A DNA stretch of 27,765 nucleotides from an uncultured bacterium (GCA_963978095.1 CAXBQP010000042.1:1-27765); one strand, 5' to 3'. Positions 8,906 through 20,124 are shown, numbered from the stretch's first letter. Notes: a model not told the origin generated them from the letters alone. A program made the numbers and translations.

Positions 8906-9835
8906 ATGAATACGATGATTGTTGTCGGTGTGGATGGAGGCGGCACCAAGACGCACGTGATCGTCGCTGATGCCGAAGGCACGCAATTGGCCACGGTGAC
9001 CGGCCCGGGTACCGCCGTTCGACCAGGGACCGCCGAGGACTCTGCCGAGGTCATCGAATCACTGATCGGGGAGGCGTTGGCCGCCTGTGGTCACGAGGAC
9101 ACGAAACCCGCAGCGATCTGTGCGGGGCTCGCCGGCGTGGGCCGCGACGCCGAGTACGCCGCGATCGTGGCGGCCGTGTCGCGCCGTGAACTCAGCGTGG
9201 ACCTCGAGGTACTCCCTGATACAGTGGTCGCACTCGAGGACGCCTTCGGTGACGGTCCGGGCATCCTGCTGATCGCCGGGACGGGATCGTCGGCAATCGG
9301 TCGCAGTCCCACGGGACGACTGGCGAGATGCGGAGGATGGGGGCCGAACTGTGGCGACGAGGGAAGCGGCGCATGGATGGGCCGTCGAGCCCTCAGCATC
9401 ATGACGGCGGCGGCCGACGGCCGCGAGCCCGAGACGGCACTCCTCGGGGCGTTGCTCACGCACCTGCAGATGGAGAACCCCGACGAGCTCGTCGCCTGGG
9501 CCGCCAAGGCGACGCCGGCGAGCTTCGCGGAGCTCTGCGGCCCCATCATGACCGTGGCCGCGAACGGCGATCTTCGCGCGAACTCCTTGTGCACGATGGC
9601 CTGCGAAGAGTTGGTCTTGCACCTGCGGACTTTGGCACGCCAGCTGTTCACTGACGAGCGGGCCGCGGTTCCCATCGCGCTCGCCGGCGGACTGATGCAC
9701 CGCGGCAGTTATCTGCGCCGACTCGTGGAGCTCCGCCTGAAGACCGCGGTACCAGGGGTCAAACTGCACACGGCGGACGTCGTCCCCGCCCGTGGTGCCG
9801 TGCGCTGCGCGCTCCGGCTCGCCGCCAACGCGTAA
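8906..9835 (+). CDS. BadF/BadG/BcrA/BcrD family sugar kinase (GlcNAc/MurNAc kinase, MurK-like)
   Basis: GVDGGGTKT, IAGTGS, GGWG...GDEGSG motifs. Confidence 0.88.
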   Translation: MNTMIVVGVDGGGTKTHVIVADAEGTQLATVTGPGTAVRPGTAEDSAEVIESLIGEALAACGHEDTKPAAICAGLAGVGRDAEYAAIVAAVSRRELSVDLEVLPDTVVALEDAFGDGPGILLIAGTGSSAIGRSPTGRLARCGGWGPNCGDEGSGAWMGRRALSIMTAAADGREPETALLGALLTHLQMENPDELVAWAAKATPASFAELCGPIMTVAANGDLRANSLCTMACEELVLHLRTLARQLFTDERAAVPIALAGGLMHRGSYLRRLVELRLKTAVPGVKLHTADVVPARGAVRCALRLAANA

Positions 9836-9849
9836 GGCCGCGGGGCCTT
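9834..9849. terminator. short hairpin between convergent genes
   Basis: AAGGCC-gcgg-GGCCTT fills the gap between the two stop codons; no U-tract. Confidence 0.25.
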
Positions 9850-10526
9850 CAGCGCAACTGCGCCTTCAGGAAAGCTACCGTCCGGTCGAACGCCAGCGCG
9901 GCCGTCGCCGCATCGTAGCCCGGACGCGCCGGGTTGCAGAACGCATGGCCGGCGTCGTACTCGTGCGCGACGAAGGAGCCGCCGGCGTGCTGCACCTCCG
10001 TCACGAGCGCGTGGACGGACGCCAGCGGCACGCTGGCATCGGTCCGCCCGAAGTGGCCGAGCACCGGCACTTTCACGCGGGAGGGCACGATCTCCACCTT
10101 GGGATGGATGCCGTAGTAGTCGACGCACGCCGACACGGCGTCCGGCATCTCCTGCGCCGCATACAGGGCAAGTTGTCCACCCATGCAAAAGCCGAGCGCG
10201 CCAACCTTGCGCGGCACAACCGCGGGATGCGCGAGGAGATAGTCGGCAGCGCCGCGAAGGTCTACGCCCGCTTCCGCGATATTGAGCGCCATGAGAAGCT
10301 TGGCGGCATGATCGGGATTCGTCGTCGCCTCGCCGTGATACAAGTCGGGCGCGAGCGCCACGAAACCGGCGGCAGCGAACTGGTCCGCGACGTCCTTGAT
10401 GTGGCCCACCAGCCCCCACCATTCCTGCAAGACGATCAGCCCAGGACCGGAACCGGAGGCGGGAATCGACAGGTAGCCGCTGTTCGTGCGACCGTTGGCC
10501 GCGTAGGTAATCATGAGTCCGTTCAC
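9849..10526 (-). CDS. dienelactone hydrolase family (carboxymethylenebutenolidase-like)
   Basis: QEWWGL, ALAPDLY, GFCMGG nucleophile, AGHAF; start is GTG 10526 or ATG 10514, not 11126. Confidence 0.92.
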   Translation of the reverse strand: MNGLMITYAANGRTNSGYLSIPASGSGPGLIVLQEWWGLVGHIKDVADQFAAAGFVALAPDLYHGEATTNPDHAAKLLMALNIAEAGVDLRGAADYLLAHPAVVPRKVGALGFCMGGQLALYAAQEMPDAVSACVDYYGIHPKVEIVPSRVKVPVLGHFGRTDASVPLASVHALVTEVQHAGGSFVAHEYDAGHAFCNPARPGYDAATAALAFDRTVAFLKAQLR

Positions 10527-10585
10527 TTTGCGAATATGCTCCGGTGGTACGGAAAGCGCCAGTGACTCGTTTTTGACCACCCCCG

Positions 10586-11470
10586 CTACACCGCACGCCG
10601 TGCAAGCACCCAAAGGTTCTCCCGTCCGAGCATCCCCTCGAGGAGTAACTGGAGCGGCTGCAACGCGGCACCGATGACCTGTGCCAGAGGTCGCGGAAGA
10701 CTCGGCGCGACGTACTGCAGCTGATCCGCGACCTTCGGCATGCTCTTTCCTCCTGCCGCAAACGGTTCGAGGCCGGCGGCCCGCAGGACCGCATCCAAGA
10801 CGTCGCGGCGAAAATGCACCCGATGCCACGGCAGGTAGAGCGACTGCGCCGAGTACCCAAGCATACGCGCCGACCAGGACTCGATATTCGGAACTTCGAC
10901 GTAGCACACCCCGCCCGGGCGCAGCAATTGCCGGATCTCCTGCAACGCACCGTGCGGGTCGGACATGTGCTCGAGCACCGCCCGATAGAGCACGAAATCG
11001 AAGGAGCCGGCGTGCCGGACCAAGTTGCGGTGCGTGATGAAACGTACCGGTGACTTCCCACGACTCGTGCGCTGAATCGCCGTGGGAGGCGTATCGTGCG
11101 TGTCGGACGCCGAGACCCCGCCCCATCCCAGACGGTTCGCGGCCACCGCGTAGCGGCCGTTGCCGGTTCCAAGATCGAGCATCGTGGACGGCGCACCACC
11201 GAGTCGCCGCGCGATCGCCGCGAGTTGCGCGCGCGCGATCGCATCCTTGACGGCGGCGATCGGTGGGATGTCACCGGGCACGAAGTCCTTCGACTCCCGA
11301 TCCGCATACAACGGCGCGAGCTCAGCGTCCGTCTTGAGCGGCAGCGTCCAGATCAGTCGGCACAGCGGACACTCACCCAAGGAGTGTCCGCCGCGAGCGA
11401 CACCGCTGCGCCACGGGAGGAGAACAGCGCCATCCGCCGGGCAGCGCGTCCCTTCACCCGCGCCCGGCAC
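10586..11470 (-). CDS. class I SAM-dependent methyltransferase
   Basis: MLDLGTGNG motif I, FDFV...AVLEH..DP, LRPGG...VEVPN; N-terminal CPAD...CPLC putative Zn ribbon. Confidence 0.85.
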   Translation of the reverse strand: MPGAGEGTRCPADGAVLLPWRSGVARGGHSLGECPLCRLIWTLPLKTDAELAPLYADRESKDFVPGDIPPIAAVKDAIARAQLAAIARRLGGAPSTMLDLGTGNGRYAVAANRLGWGGVSASDTHDTPPTAIQRTSRGKSPVRFITHRNLVRHAGSFDFVLYRAVLEHMSDPHGALQEIRQLLRPGGVCYVEVPNIESWSARMLGYSAQSLYLPWHRVHFRRDVLDAVLRAAGLEPFAAGGKSMPKVADQLQYVAPSLPRPLAQVIGAALQPLQLLLEGMLGRENLWVLARRAV

Positions 11471-12751
11471 TCAGGCTGCGCTCTTCACCGCGTCCGGCTG
11501 CCCCGGGTGTTCCGGGAACTCCCCCTCCCATCGCGCCATGACGGCGGTGGCCAAGCAGTTGCCAAGCAGATTCACCGACGTACGCGCCATGTCCATCACG
11601 GCGTCCACGCCGAGGATCACCGCCACCGCCTGCAACGGGAGCCCGAACATGGTGAGCGCTCCGCTCAGGATCACGAGCGACGCGCGCGGCACCGCGGCGA
11701 CGCCTTTGGACGTCAACATGAGCGTCAGCATCATGAGAATCTGCTGCGAGATGGGCATATCGATCCCGCCGGCCTGCGCGGCGAAGATGCTCGCCACTGC
11801 CAGATACAGGGTCGAGCCGTCGAGATTGAACGAGTAGCCGGTCGGCAACACGAAAGCGATGATGCGCTTCGGCAGTCCGAACTCCTCGAGCTTCTCCATC
11901 GCGAGCGGGAGCGCCGCCTCGCTCGACGCGGTCGAGAAAGCGATCAGCCACGGCTGCTTCACATACGTCCAGAAAGTCCCGAGCGGGATCTTGGCGAAGA
12001 GCGCAACCGGCACGAGCACGGCGAGCACGAAGAAGATCAGCGCACCATACAGCGTGGCAACGAGGATGAAGAGCCCCTTGAGCACGCCGAGCCCGCTCGT
12101 CCCGACCGTCGTGGCGATCGCCGCGCCGATGCCGAACGGGGCGAACTTCATGACGATCCCGACGAACTTGAACATCACGTCCGAGAGCGACTGACACCAG
12201 TCGAGCATCAGTTGCTTGCTCTTCCCCTGCGGCACCTGCGACAGGCCAACCGCGAAGAGGATCGTGAAGAACACGATCTGCAGCACCTCATTGTGCGTCG
12301 CGGCCTCGAAGAACGACTGCGGCACCATGTGTTCCACGACGCCGCTGAACGTCACTTGGGTCTTGGCGAACTCGGCGCCCTTGTCCGCCGTGGCGGTGGC
12401 CAGCGTGATACCCACCCCCGGCTTCACGAGATTCACCGCGATCAAGCCGATGGCCAGCGCCGCGGTGGTCACCACCTCGAAGTACAGGATCGAGCGCCAG
12501 GCGAGCCGTCCGACCTTCTTCATGTCGTCACCGTGTCCCGCGATTCCGACCACGAGCGTGCTGAACAGCAACGGCACGATCAGCGACTTGATCATTCGCA
12601 GGAACACCGACGACGTTGCCTTCTCCGCGATCGCCAGATTGGGATAGTCGGCCGCCGGGAAGAGATAGCCCAGCGCGATGCCCGCCATCATCGCGATCGC
12701 GATCAACTGCGTGGGACTGATGCCGCCAGCCTTCTTGGTCGTTTCACTCAT
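11471..12751 (-). CDS. dicarboxylate/amino acid:cation symporter (GltP/DctA, DAACS family)
   Basis: FLRMIK.LIVPL, AFSTASSEAALP, PTGYSFNLDG, DMARTSVN..GN; probable start MSETTKK. Confidence 0.95.
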   Translation of the reverse strand: MSETTKKAGGISPTQLIAIAMMAGIALGYLFPAADYPNLAIAEKATSSVFLRMIKSLIVPLLFSTLVVGIAGHGDDMKKVGRLAWRSILYFEVVTTAALAIGLIAVNLVKPGVGITLATATADKGAEFAKTQVTFSGVVEHMVPQSFFEAATHNEVLQIVFFTILFAVGLSQVPQGKSKQLMLDWCQSLSDVMFKFVGIVMKFAPFGIGAAIATTVGTSGLGVLKGLFILVATLYGALIFFVLAVLVPVALFAKIPLGTFWTYVKQPWLIAFSTASSEAALPLAMEKLEEFGLPKRIIAFVLPTGYSFNLDGSTLYLAVASIFAAQAGGIDMPISQQILMMLTLMLTSKGVAAVPRASLVILSGALTMFGLPLQAVAVILGVDAVMDMARTSVNLLGNCLATAVMARWEGEFPEHPGQPDAVKSAA

Positions 12752-12853
12752 GCGTCTGTCACCGGGATCGAGGGGAGGCTCCGTCGCCTCCGGGTTGGGA
12801 ACGTCCGACAGCGAAGGGAACGTCACGCGAATGCGCCGAACAGGGGTAGCGCG

Positions 12854-14350
<1,497 letters not shown>

Positions 14351-14429
14351 GCCGTGGCCGTCCTGACGGAGGGTGGGAAACTCGAGGCCGGCACCATGGC
14401 GGCGCCGGCCTCGATTCACTGCGTTCGTA

Positions 14430-16613
14430 TCAGATGAAGAGCGGCGCGAGCACGAGCGTGATCGTCGACAGCAACTTGATCAGCACGTGCAGCGACGGAC
14501 CCGCGGTGTCCTTGAACGGATCGCCGACGGTGTCGCCGACCACCGCCGCCTTGTGCGCGTCCGACTTCTTGCCCCCGTACACGCCGGTTTCGATGTACTT
14601 CTTGGCGTTGTCCCACGCGCCGCCGCCGTTGTTCAGGAAGCCGGCCATCAGGATCCCCACCACCGTCGAGATCATCAGGAAACCGGCGACGGCCTCGGCG
14701 CCGAGATGCTCGTCGGTGCCACCCAGGAACTTGAAGATCAGACCGACGCCGATCGGGAAGGCCAACACCAGCGCGCCCGGCAGCACCATCGCCTTGAGGG
14801 CGCCCACCGTCACGATGTCCACGCACGCAGCGTAGTCGGGCTGGTCCGTCCCCTTCATGATCCCCGGCTTCTCCTTGAACTGGCGGCGCACTTCCGTGAT
14901 CACGCTCTGCGCGGCCTTGCTCACCGCCGTCATGGCCAGCGAGGAGAACCAGAACACCAGCATGCCGCCGATAAGCGCGCCGACGAACACCTGCGGCTTG
15001 CTGAGGTCCACGTGCAGCGTCTGGGTGGTGTAGTTCTTGACCTCGTCGAGGTACGCCGAGAAGAGCAGGAAGGCGGCCAACGCGGCCGAACCGATCGCAT
15101 AGCCCTTCGTGAGTGCCTTCGTGGTGTTGCCCACCGAGTCCAGACGATCCGTCTTGTCGCGGATCTCGGGTGGCTGCTTCGACATCTCGACGATGCCACC
15201 AGCGTTGTCGGTGATCGGACCGAACACGTCCATCGCCAGAATGTAGCCGGCGGTTCCGAGCATTCCCATCGTCGCCACGGCGGTGCCGAAGAGGCCGCCC
15301 GCGGGCGCCCCGTCGATCATGATCCCGCTCGCACGCCCCACCATGAAGCTCGACACGAGCGCGATCGCGATCGTGAACACCGGCAGCACCGTGGACTCCA
15401 TGCCAACCGAGAGCCCCATGATGATGTTCGTCGCCGGGCCGGTCTGCGAGGCCTCGGCGATCGAGAGTACCGGGCGATAGCGATATTCGGTGTAGTACTG
15501 CGTGATGAACACGAAGGCCACCGAGGTCGCCACGCCGATCATCGCGCAGATGAAATAGTGCCACCAGGCGTCCGGAGCGTCCGGCGCGATCAGCAGGTAC
15601 TTGCAGGCGAAATAGATCGCGATGCTCACCAGGAACGCCGTGAGATAGTAGCCCTTGTTCAGCGCCGACATCGGGTCCGCATCTTCCGTGGTGCTCACCG
15701 ACATGACGCCGATGATCGAGCAGACGAGCCCGAGGGCGCCTATCACGAGCGGGAAGAGGATGCCCGCGACACCGAACGACTTGAACAGAAGCACGCCGAG
15801 GATCATCGCGCCGATGTTTTCGGCGGCGGTGGACTCGAACAGGTCGGCGCCGCGGCCGGCGCAATCGCCGACATTGTCGCCCACCAGATCAGCGATCACC
15901 GCCGGGTTGCGCGGATCGTCCTCGGGAATGCCGGCCTCGACCTTGCCCACCAGGTCGGCGCCCACGTCAGCGGCCTTCGTGTAGATGCCGCCGCCAAGCT
16001 GCGCGAAGAGCGCGACGAACGACGCGCCGAAACCGTAGCCGACGATCAGGAACGGGATCTTCTGCGCCCACGCTGCCGACTCCATGCCGTTCGGCAGCAT
16101 CGCGGCGAGCAGGGCGAAGAGGCCACCGACGCCAAGGAGCGACATCGCGACGGTGAAGAGACCGGAGACCGCGCCGCCGCGCAACGCCGTCTGCAGCGCC
16201 GCGTTGAGCGAGGTCATCGCCGCCGCGGCAACGCGGATGTTCGTGCGGATCGACACCCACATGCCCATGTAGCCGGCGATCCCCGAGCTCAGCGCACCGA
16301 GCAGGAACGACAGCGTGATGAACATGGCGAAGACCTTGGGGTCATCGACTGGGTCGGTCGCATTGTGCGTGCGAAGCAGGCCGTAACCCACCGCGAGCAC
16401 CGCGGCGACAAGCACCGCGAGCATCGCGATGGTCTTGTTCTGACGCGCGAGGTACGCCTCGGCGCCTTCCTGGATCGCGTCCGAGATCTTGCGCATCTCC
16501 GGCGTGCCCGTGCTGCGCGCGAGCACCCAACGGGCGAGCCCGACGGCGAACAGCAGGGCGCCGATCGAGGCGCCGAGGACGATCATGAGCAAAGTCGACT
16601 GCGTGGGAGCCAT
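14430..16613 (-). CDS. hppA: membrane-bound H+-translocating pyrophosphatase, K+-independent type
   Basis: GGGIYTKAADVGADLVGKVEAGIPEDDPRNP, DNAGGI.EM, GDTVGDPFKDT; GNTTKA carries the Lys diagnostic of K+-independent enzymes. Confidence 0.97.
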   Translation of the reverse strand: MAPTQSTLLMIVLGASIGALLFAVGLARWVLARSTGTPEMRKISDAIQEGAEAYLARQNKTIAMLAVLVAAVLAVGYGLLRTHNATDPVDDPKVFAMFITLSFLLGALSSGIAGYMGMWVSIRTNIRVAAAAMTSLNAALQTALRGGAVSGLFTVAMSLLGVGGLFALLAAMLPNGMESAAWAQKIPFLIVGYGFGASFVALFAQLGGGIYTKAADVGADLVGKVEAGIPEDDPRNPAVIADLVGDNVGDCAGRGADLFESTAAENIGAMILGVLLFKSFGVAGILFPLVIGALGLVCSIIGVMSVSTTEDADPMSALNKGYYLTAFLVSIAIYFACKYLLIAPDAPDAWWHYFICAMIGVATSVAFVFITQYYTEYRYRPVLSIAEASQTGPATNIIMGLSVGMESTVLPVFTIAIALVSSFMVGRASGIMIDGAPAGGLFGTAVATMGMLGTAGYILAMDVFGPITDNAGGIVEMSKQPPEIRDKTDRLDSVGNTTKALTKGYAIGSAALAAFLLFSAYLDEVKNYTTQTLHVDLSKPQVFVGALIGGMLVFWFSSLAMTAVSKAAQSVITEVRRQFKEKPGIMKGTDQPDYAACVDIVTVGALKAMVLPGALVLAFPIGVGLIFKFLGGTDEHLGAEAVAGFLMISTVVGILMAGFLNNGGGAWDNAKKYIETGVYGGKKSDAHKAAVVGDTVGDPFKDTAGPSLHVLIKLLSTITLVLAPLFI

Positions 16614-16694
16614 GAACTTGGGGGACTAGAGTGCCAAAGTGCGAGGGCGCCGGTCGAACGGCATGCGCGCCCCGTGAGAGAGAAACAGCGGTCG

Positions 16695-18173
16695 CTAAGC
16701 GGCGTCGCTCGGCGACGCCGGACGCTTCCAGGCGAGATACACCGGAACACCGATCACGACGAGCACGAGGCCGGACAGGGCCTGCGCGCGCGTCTTGTCC
16801 GCCACGAGCAGCGTCACCGCGACGCCCCCCGACAGCAGGACGTACAGCGCGGGGAGCACCGGATAGCCGATCGCCTTGTACGGACGAGGAAGATCCGGGC
16901 GCTGCGCCCGCAGGAGGAACAAGCCGATCGTCGTCAGCGCATAGAACAGTAGCGCGGCGAAGACCACATAATCGAGCAACTGGCCGTAGGTGCCGGTGAG
17001 ACATAGCGCGCTCGTCCAGAGCGACTGCAATACCAGCGCCCAGGCAGGAACGCCATTGGTGCTGAGGACCCCGGCCTTGGCGAAGAACAGCCCGTCCTGC
17101 GCCATCGCGTAGTACACACGCGCGCCGGAGAGGATGAGCCCGTTGTTGCACCCGAACGTCGAGATCAGGATCGCACAGGCCATGATCGCCGCGCCGTTCG
17201 CGCCGAAGATCGTCTCCATCACCGCCGTCGCGACACGATCCGAGGTCGCATGATCGATGCCGCGCGCGATGGCCGTGGCGCCATCCACCGCGCCGTGGAT
17301 CGGAAGCACGCTCAGGTAGCCGACGTTCGCGAGGATGTACAGACCGGTCACGAGCCCAGTGCCCAGCAGCATCGCGAGCGGGAGGTTCTTGGCGGGGTTC
17401 TGCACTTCGGCCGCGGCGAAGGTCACGCTGTGCCACGAATCGGCCGAGAAGAGCGAGCCGGTGAGTGCGGCGCCGAAGGTGATCACGAACAACATCGTGA
17501 AGTCGGGGGTGCCGGCAAAGAACCGTCCCGCCCCGAAGTTCGCCGCCACGGCATCGGCATTCCGGCCGACGGTCAGCGCCAGAATCACCAGCAACGCCAG
17601 CGCGGCGGTCTTGAGAAAGGTCAGGGACGTTTGCACGAACTTCCCTTCCTTCACGCCACGAAGATTGATCCAGGTGAGCACCCAAATGGTGATCAGCGCG
17701 ACCAGCCGTTGCGGTGAAAGACCGAGCTCGACCATGCCGCCTGGAGAGGCGATGTCGAGCTTGGGGAACCAGGAGAATCGCTCGGCCGTCACGCCGGGAA
17801 GCAGGACGCCGAGGAACTTGCCGAACCCCACCGCGACCGCGGCGATGGTTCCCGTCTGGATGACCACGAACAGCGTCCAGCCGTAGAGGAAGCCCATCAA
17901 CGGGCTCATGGACTCACGCAGGAACGTGTACATGCCCCCGGCGCGCGGGTACATCGCCGCGAGTTCGCCGTACGCGAGCGCTCCGAGGAGCGTCATGACC
18001 CCCGTCAGCACCCACGCCAGGAGCAACCAGCCCGGCGAGCCGAGTGAGCGGCTCATGTCGGCCGACACGATGAAGATCCCGGATCCCACCATGGAGCCCG
18101 CCACCAGCATCGTGGCATCGGTGAGGGTCATCGCCTTCACGAACTGGCCCTTCTCAGCAGTCGGTTGGCTCAT
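16695..18173 (-). CDS. APC family amino acid permease (LAT/SteT-like)
   Basis: GSMVGSGIF, AYGELAAMYPRAGG.Y, AAEVQNPAKNLP, ARVYYAMAQDGLFF; about 12 TM. Confidence 0.95.
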   Translation of the reverse strand: MSQPTAEKGQFVKAMTLTDATMLVAGSMVGSGIFIVSADMSRSLGSPGWLLLAWVLTGVMTLLGALAYGELAAMYPRAGGMYTFLRESMSPLMGFLYGWTLFVVIQTGTIAAVAVGFGKFLGVLLPGVTAERFSWFPKLDIASPGGMVELGLSPQRLVALITIWVLTWINLRGVKEGKFVQTSLTFLKTAALALLVILALTVGRNADAVAANFGAGRFFAGTPDFTMLFVITFGAALTGSLFSADSWHSVTFAAAEVQNPAKNLPLAMLLGTGLVTGLYILANVGYLSVLPIHGAVDGATAIARGIDHATSDRVATAVMETIFGANGAAIMACAILISTFGCNNGLILSGARVYYAMAQDGLFFAKAGVLSTNGVPAWALVLQSLWTSALCLTGTYGQLLDYVVFAALLFYALTTIGLFLLRAQRPDLPRPYKAIGYPVLPALYVLLSGGVAVTLLVADKTRAQALSGLVLVVIGVPVYLAWKRPASPSDAA

Positions 18174-18286
18174 GGTGGTCGGCTAAGGTTTACCCATAAT
18201 CCGGGAAAGTTAGCGACCGGTTCAGGGGGGCGGAAGATACATTAGAGCCAGCGATGCGTTGCTGGCCGCCCGAGGGAGCCGGGAAC

Positions 18287-19108
18287 TCAGCTGAGGCCAG
18301 GGACTTCAGCCGTCACGAACGCCGTGTCACGCACGGTGGTCCCATCCGGACGCACCGCAGGCTTGAACCGCACCTCGTCCAGCATCTGCTTGATCTTGCG
18401 GTTGTAGTCACTGTCCCGGCTTTCGTTCCAACGCAGCAACTTGGCCTTGCCCTTCTCGTCGACCTCGAACACCGCCACGAGCTTATACGGGCGGATCTTG
18501 GACGGTACGGGGAGCGGAAGGATGGCGAGCGTGGTCACGCTGGGCGGGTAGATTTTCCCCTCCCCACCGCCAGTACCAGCCCCTACGCCGGATCCCTTCC
18601 CGGTTCCGGTACCGGAGCCACTGCCTCCACCCGTGCCAGGGCCACTTCCGGCGGTCCCATCGCGACCACTGCCCCCGCCGGTACCGGCAACGGGGGCAGC
18701 ATCCTTGGGAGATTCGGTGGTGGTCTTCGCCGGCTCAGGCTTCGGCGGCACGACCGGATCCGGCGGTTTGACCTCTGGCGGCTTCACCACCGGCGGCGGG
18801 ATCACCTTGGGGGCCACCACCTGCGGCTGTGTTTGCGGTGCGACTTGGACATACTGCAACCGCTCGGTCACGACACCTCCGGTGCCGCGGCTCCCGCCTC
18901 CGCCACCACCTGCGGCACCGGGGCCCATGCCCGCGTCCTTGGTGTCGATTACGAGCTTCACCCAGAACGGCCCCAGCAGGAGCAGGAGCAACCCGAGGTG
19001 CACGAGGACCGACACGAGCACCCCCCCGATGCGGTTCTGCTGGGGCAGCGGAATTCCGACCGGGGGCCGATACGGCCGACGCGAGGTGTCTGGAGTGGCT
19101 TCTGTCAT
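18287..19108 (-). CDS. second TonB-like energy transducer (divergent C-terminal domain)
   Basis: GAGGAG RBS; TM with SxxxH (SVLVH); Pro-rich and Gly-rich linkers; C-terminal F.VDEKG...RFKPA..DG. Confidence 0.75.
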   Translation of the reverse strand: MTEATPDTSRRPYRPPVGIPLPQQNRIGGVLVSVLVHLGLLLLLLGPFWVKLVIDTKDAGMGPGAAGGGGGGSRGTGGVVTERLQYVQVAPQTQPQVVAPKVIPPPVVKPPEVKPPDPVVPPKPEPAKTTTESPKDAAPVAGTGGGSGRDGTAGSGPGTGGGSGSGTGTGKGSGVGAGTGGGEGKIYPPSVTTLAILPLPVPSKIRPYKLVAVFEVDEKGKAKLLRWNESRDSDYNRKIKQMLDEVRFKPAVRPDGTTVRDTAFVTAEVPGLS

Positions 19109-19123
19109 GGCTCCTCAATAATA

Positions 19124-19155
19124 CGGCCGGCGAACCCGAAAAGGTTCGCCGGCCG
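19124..19155 (-). terminator. strong stem-loop between exbD and the tonB-like gene (terminator or stabiliser)
   Basis: Perfect 13-bp stem CGGCCGGCGAACC / GGTTCGCCGGCCG, loop UUUUCG on the minus strand, followed by UAUUAUU. Confidence 0.7.
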
Positions 19156-19192
19156 CAGGTCCAGCGGGATCACCCAGGAACTCGGCGCGCGA

Positions 19193-19654
19193 TTACTTCC
19201 GCTTCTTCGCCGGGGCAGCGGCACCACCGCCACCATTGTCCTTCGGCGTCATGCCGATGACCTTCACGCCGCCGCCACGCGCGGCATCCATCGCGAAGAT
19301 CACATCCTGGTACGTCACCTGAGGATCGCCCTTGACGAACATGATCTTCTCGGGACGATTCTCGTAGATCTCCTTCAGACGGTCGCGGAGCTTGAGCTTC
19401 TCGACCGCTTCGGTGTTCACGAAGAACTGGCCTTCGCCGGACGGGCCCGGCTTGACTTCGAGCACGATCTGGTTGGACACGGAGTTGGCGGTCGCGACCG
19501 CCGGCTTCGGATCCGGGAGCTGCACATCGATTGCCTTCCGGCTCATCGGGATGATCATCATGAAGATGATGAGCAGCACGAGGAGCACGTCGATCATGGG
19601 CGTCACGTTGGGCTCATTCGTCAGCCCACCGCCGCCACCAGCGCTCATGGCCAT
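19193..19654 (-). CDS. exbD: biopolymer transporter ExbD/TolR
   Basis: PNVTPMIDVLLVLLIIFM with conserved Asp; KGD..V.Y..V..AMD; TAATG overlap with the upstream exbD. Confidence 0.93.
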   Translation of the reverse strand: MAMSAGGGGGLTNEPNVTPMIDVLLVLLIIFMMIIPMSRKAIDVQLPDPKPAVATANSVSNQIVLEVKPGPSGEGQFFVNTEAVEKLKLRDRLKEIYENRPEKIMFVKGDPQVTYQDVIFAMDAARGGGVKVIGMTPKDNGGGGAAAPAKKRK

Positions 19655-20124
19655 TAGGGTTTCCCCTTCTTCATCATGTCGCCGACGTTGTCGCCCTCAA
19701 CGCTCGACTTCGAGTTGGGGCTCTGGTCGGAGATCATCCCGGTGACGCGCACGCCCGACTTGGCCGCGATGTCCAGCGCATCGACGATCTTCTCGTACTT
19801 GAGGTCCTTGTGGGCCTTCAGGTAGAGAATCTTGTCGCTGGTGCGCGCATCATAAATCCGCTTCAGGATGTCGCCCAACTGCTCGTTGGGGACCGCCTTC
19901 TTGTCGAGGAAGTACTGACCTTTCACGTCGATACCAAGCACGCGATCGTTGTCTTCCTCGGGATGGGGCTTGAGATTCTGCCCCTGGGGCGGCTCGGCCA
20001 CGAAGCCCGCGTTGATCTGCGGGACCACGATCATGAAGATGATCAGCAGTACGAGCATCACGTCGATCATCGGCGTGACGTTCGGTTCGGCCTTGACGCC
20101 GCCCCCTCCCATTGACATCGCCAT
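19654..20124 (-). CDS. exbD: biopolymer transporter ExbD/TolR
   Basis: PNVTPMIDVMLVLLIIFM with conserved Asp; GGAG RBS. Confidence 0.93.
   Translation of the reverse strand: MAMSMGGGGVKAEPNVTPMIDVMLVLLIIFMIVVPQINAGFVAEPPQGQNLKPHPEEDNDRVLGIDVKGQYFLDKKAVPNEQLGDILKRIYDARTSDKILYLKAHKDLKYEKIVDALDIAAKSGVRVTGMISDQSPNSKSSVEGDNVGDMMKKGKP

Noticed and set aside
9849..11126. 425-aa extended dienelactone hydrolase
   Set aside because: The extension overlaps the methyltransferase in another frame; the domain starts at about 10526.
18560..18920. Low-complexity GGC/ACC-rich repeats
   Set aside because: They encode the Gly- and Pro-rich linkers of the TonB-like protein.
19555..20085. Near-identical ~55-bp repeats at about 19560-19613 and 20032-20085
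   Set aside because: Paralogous TM-coding segments of the two exbD genes, not a mobile or CRISPR repeat.
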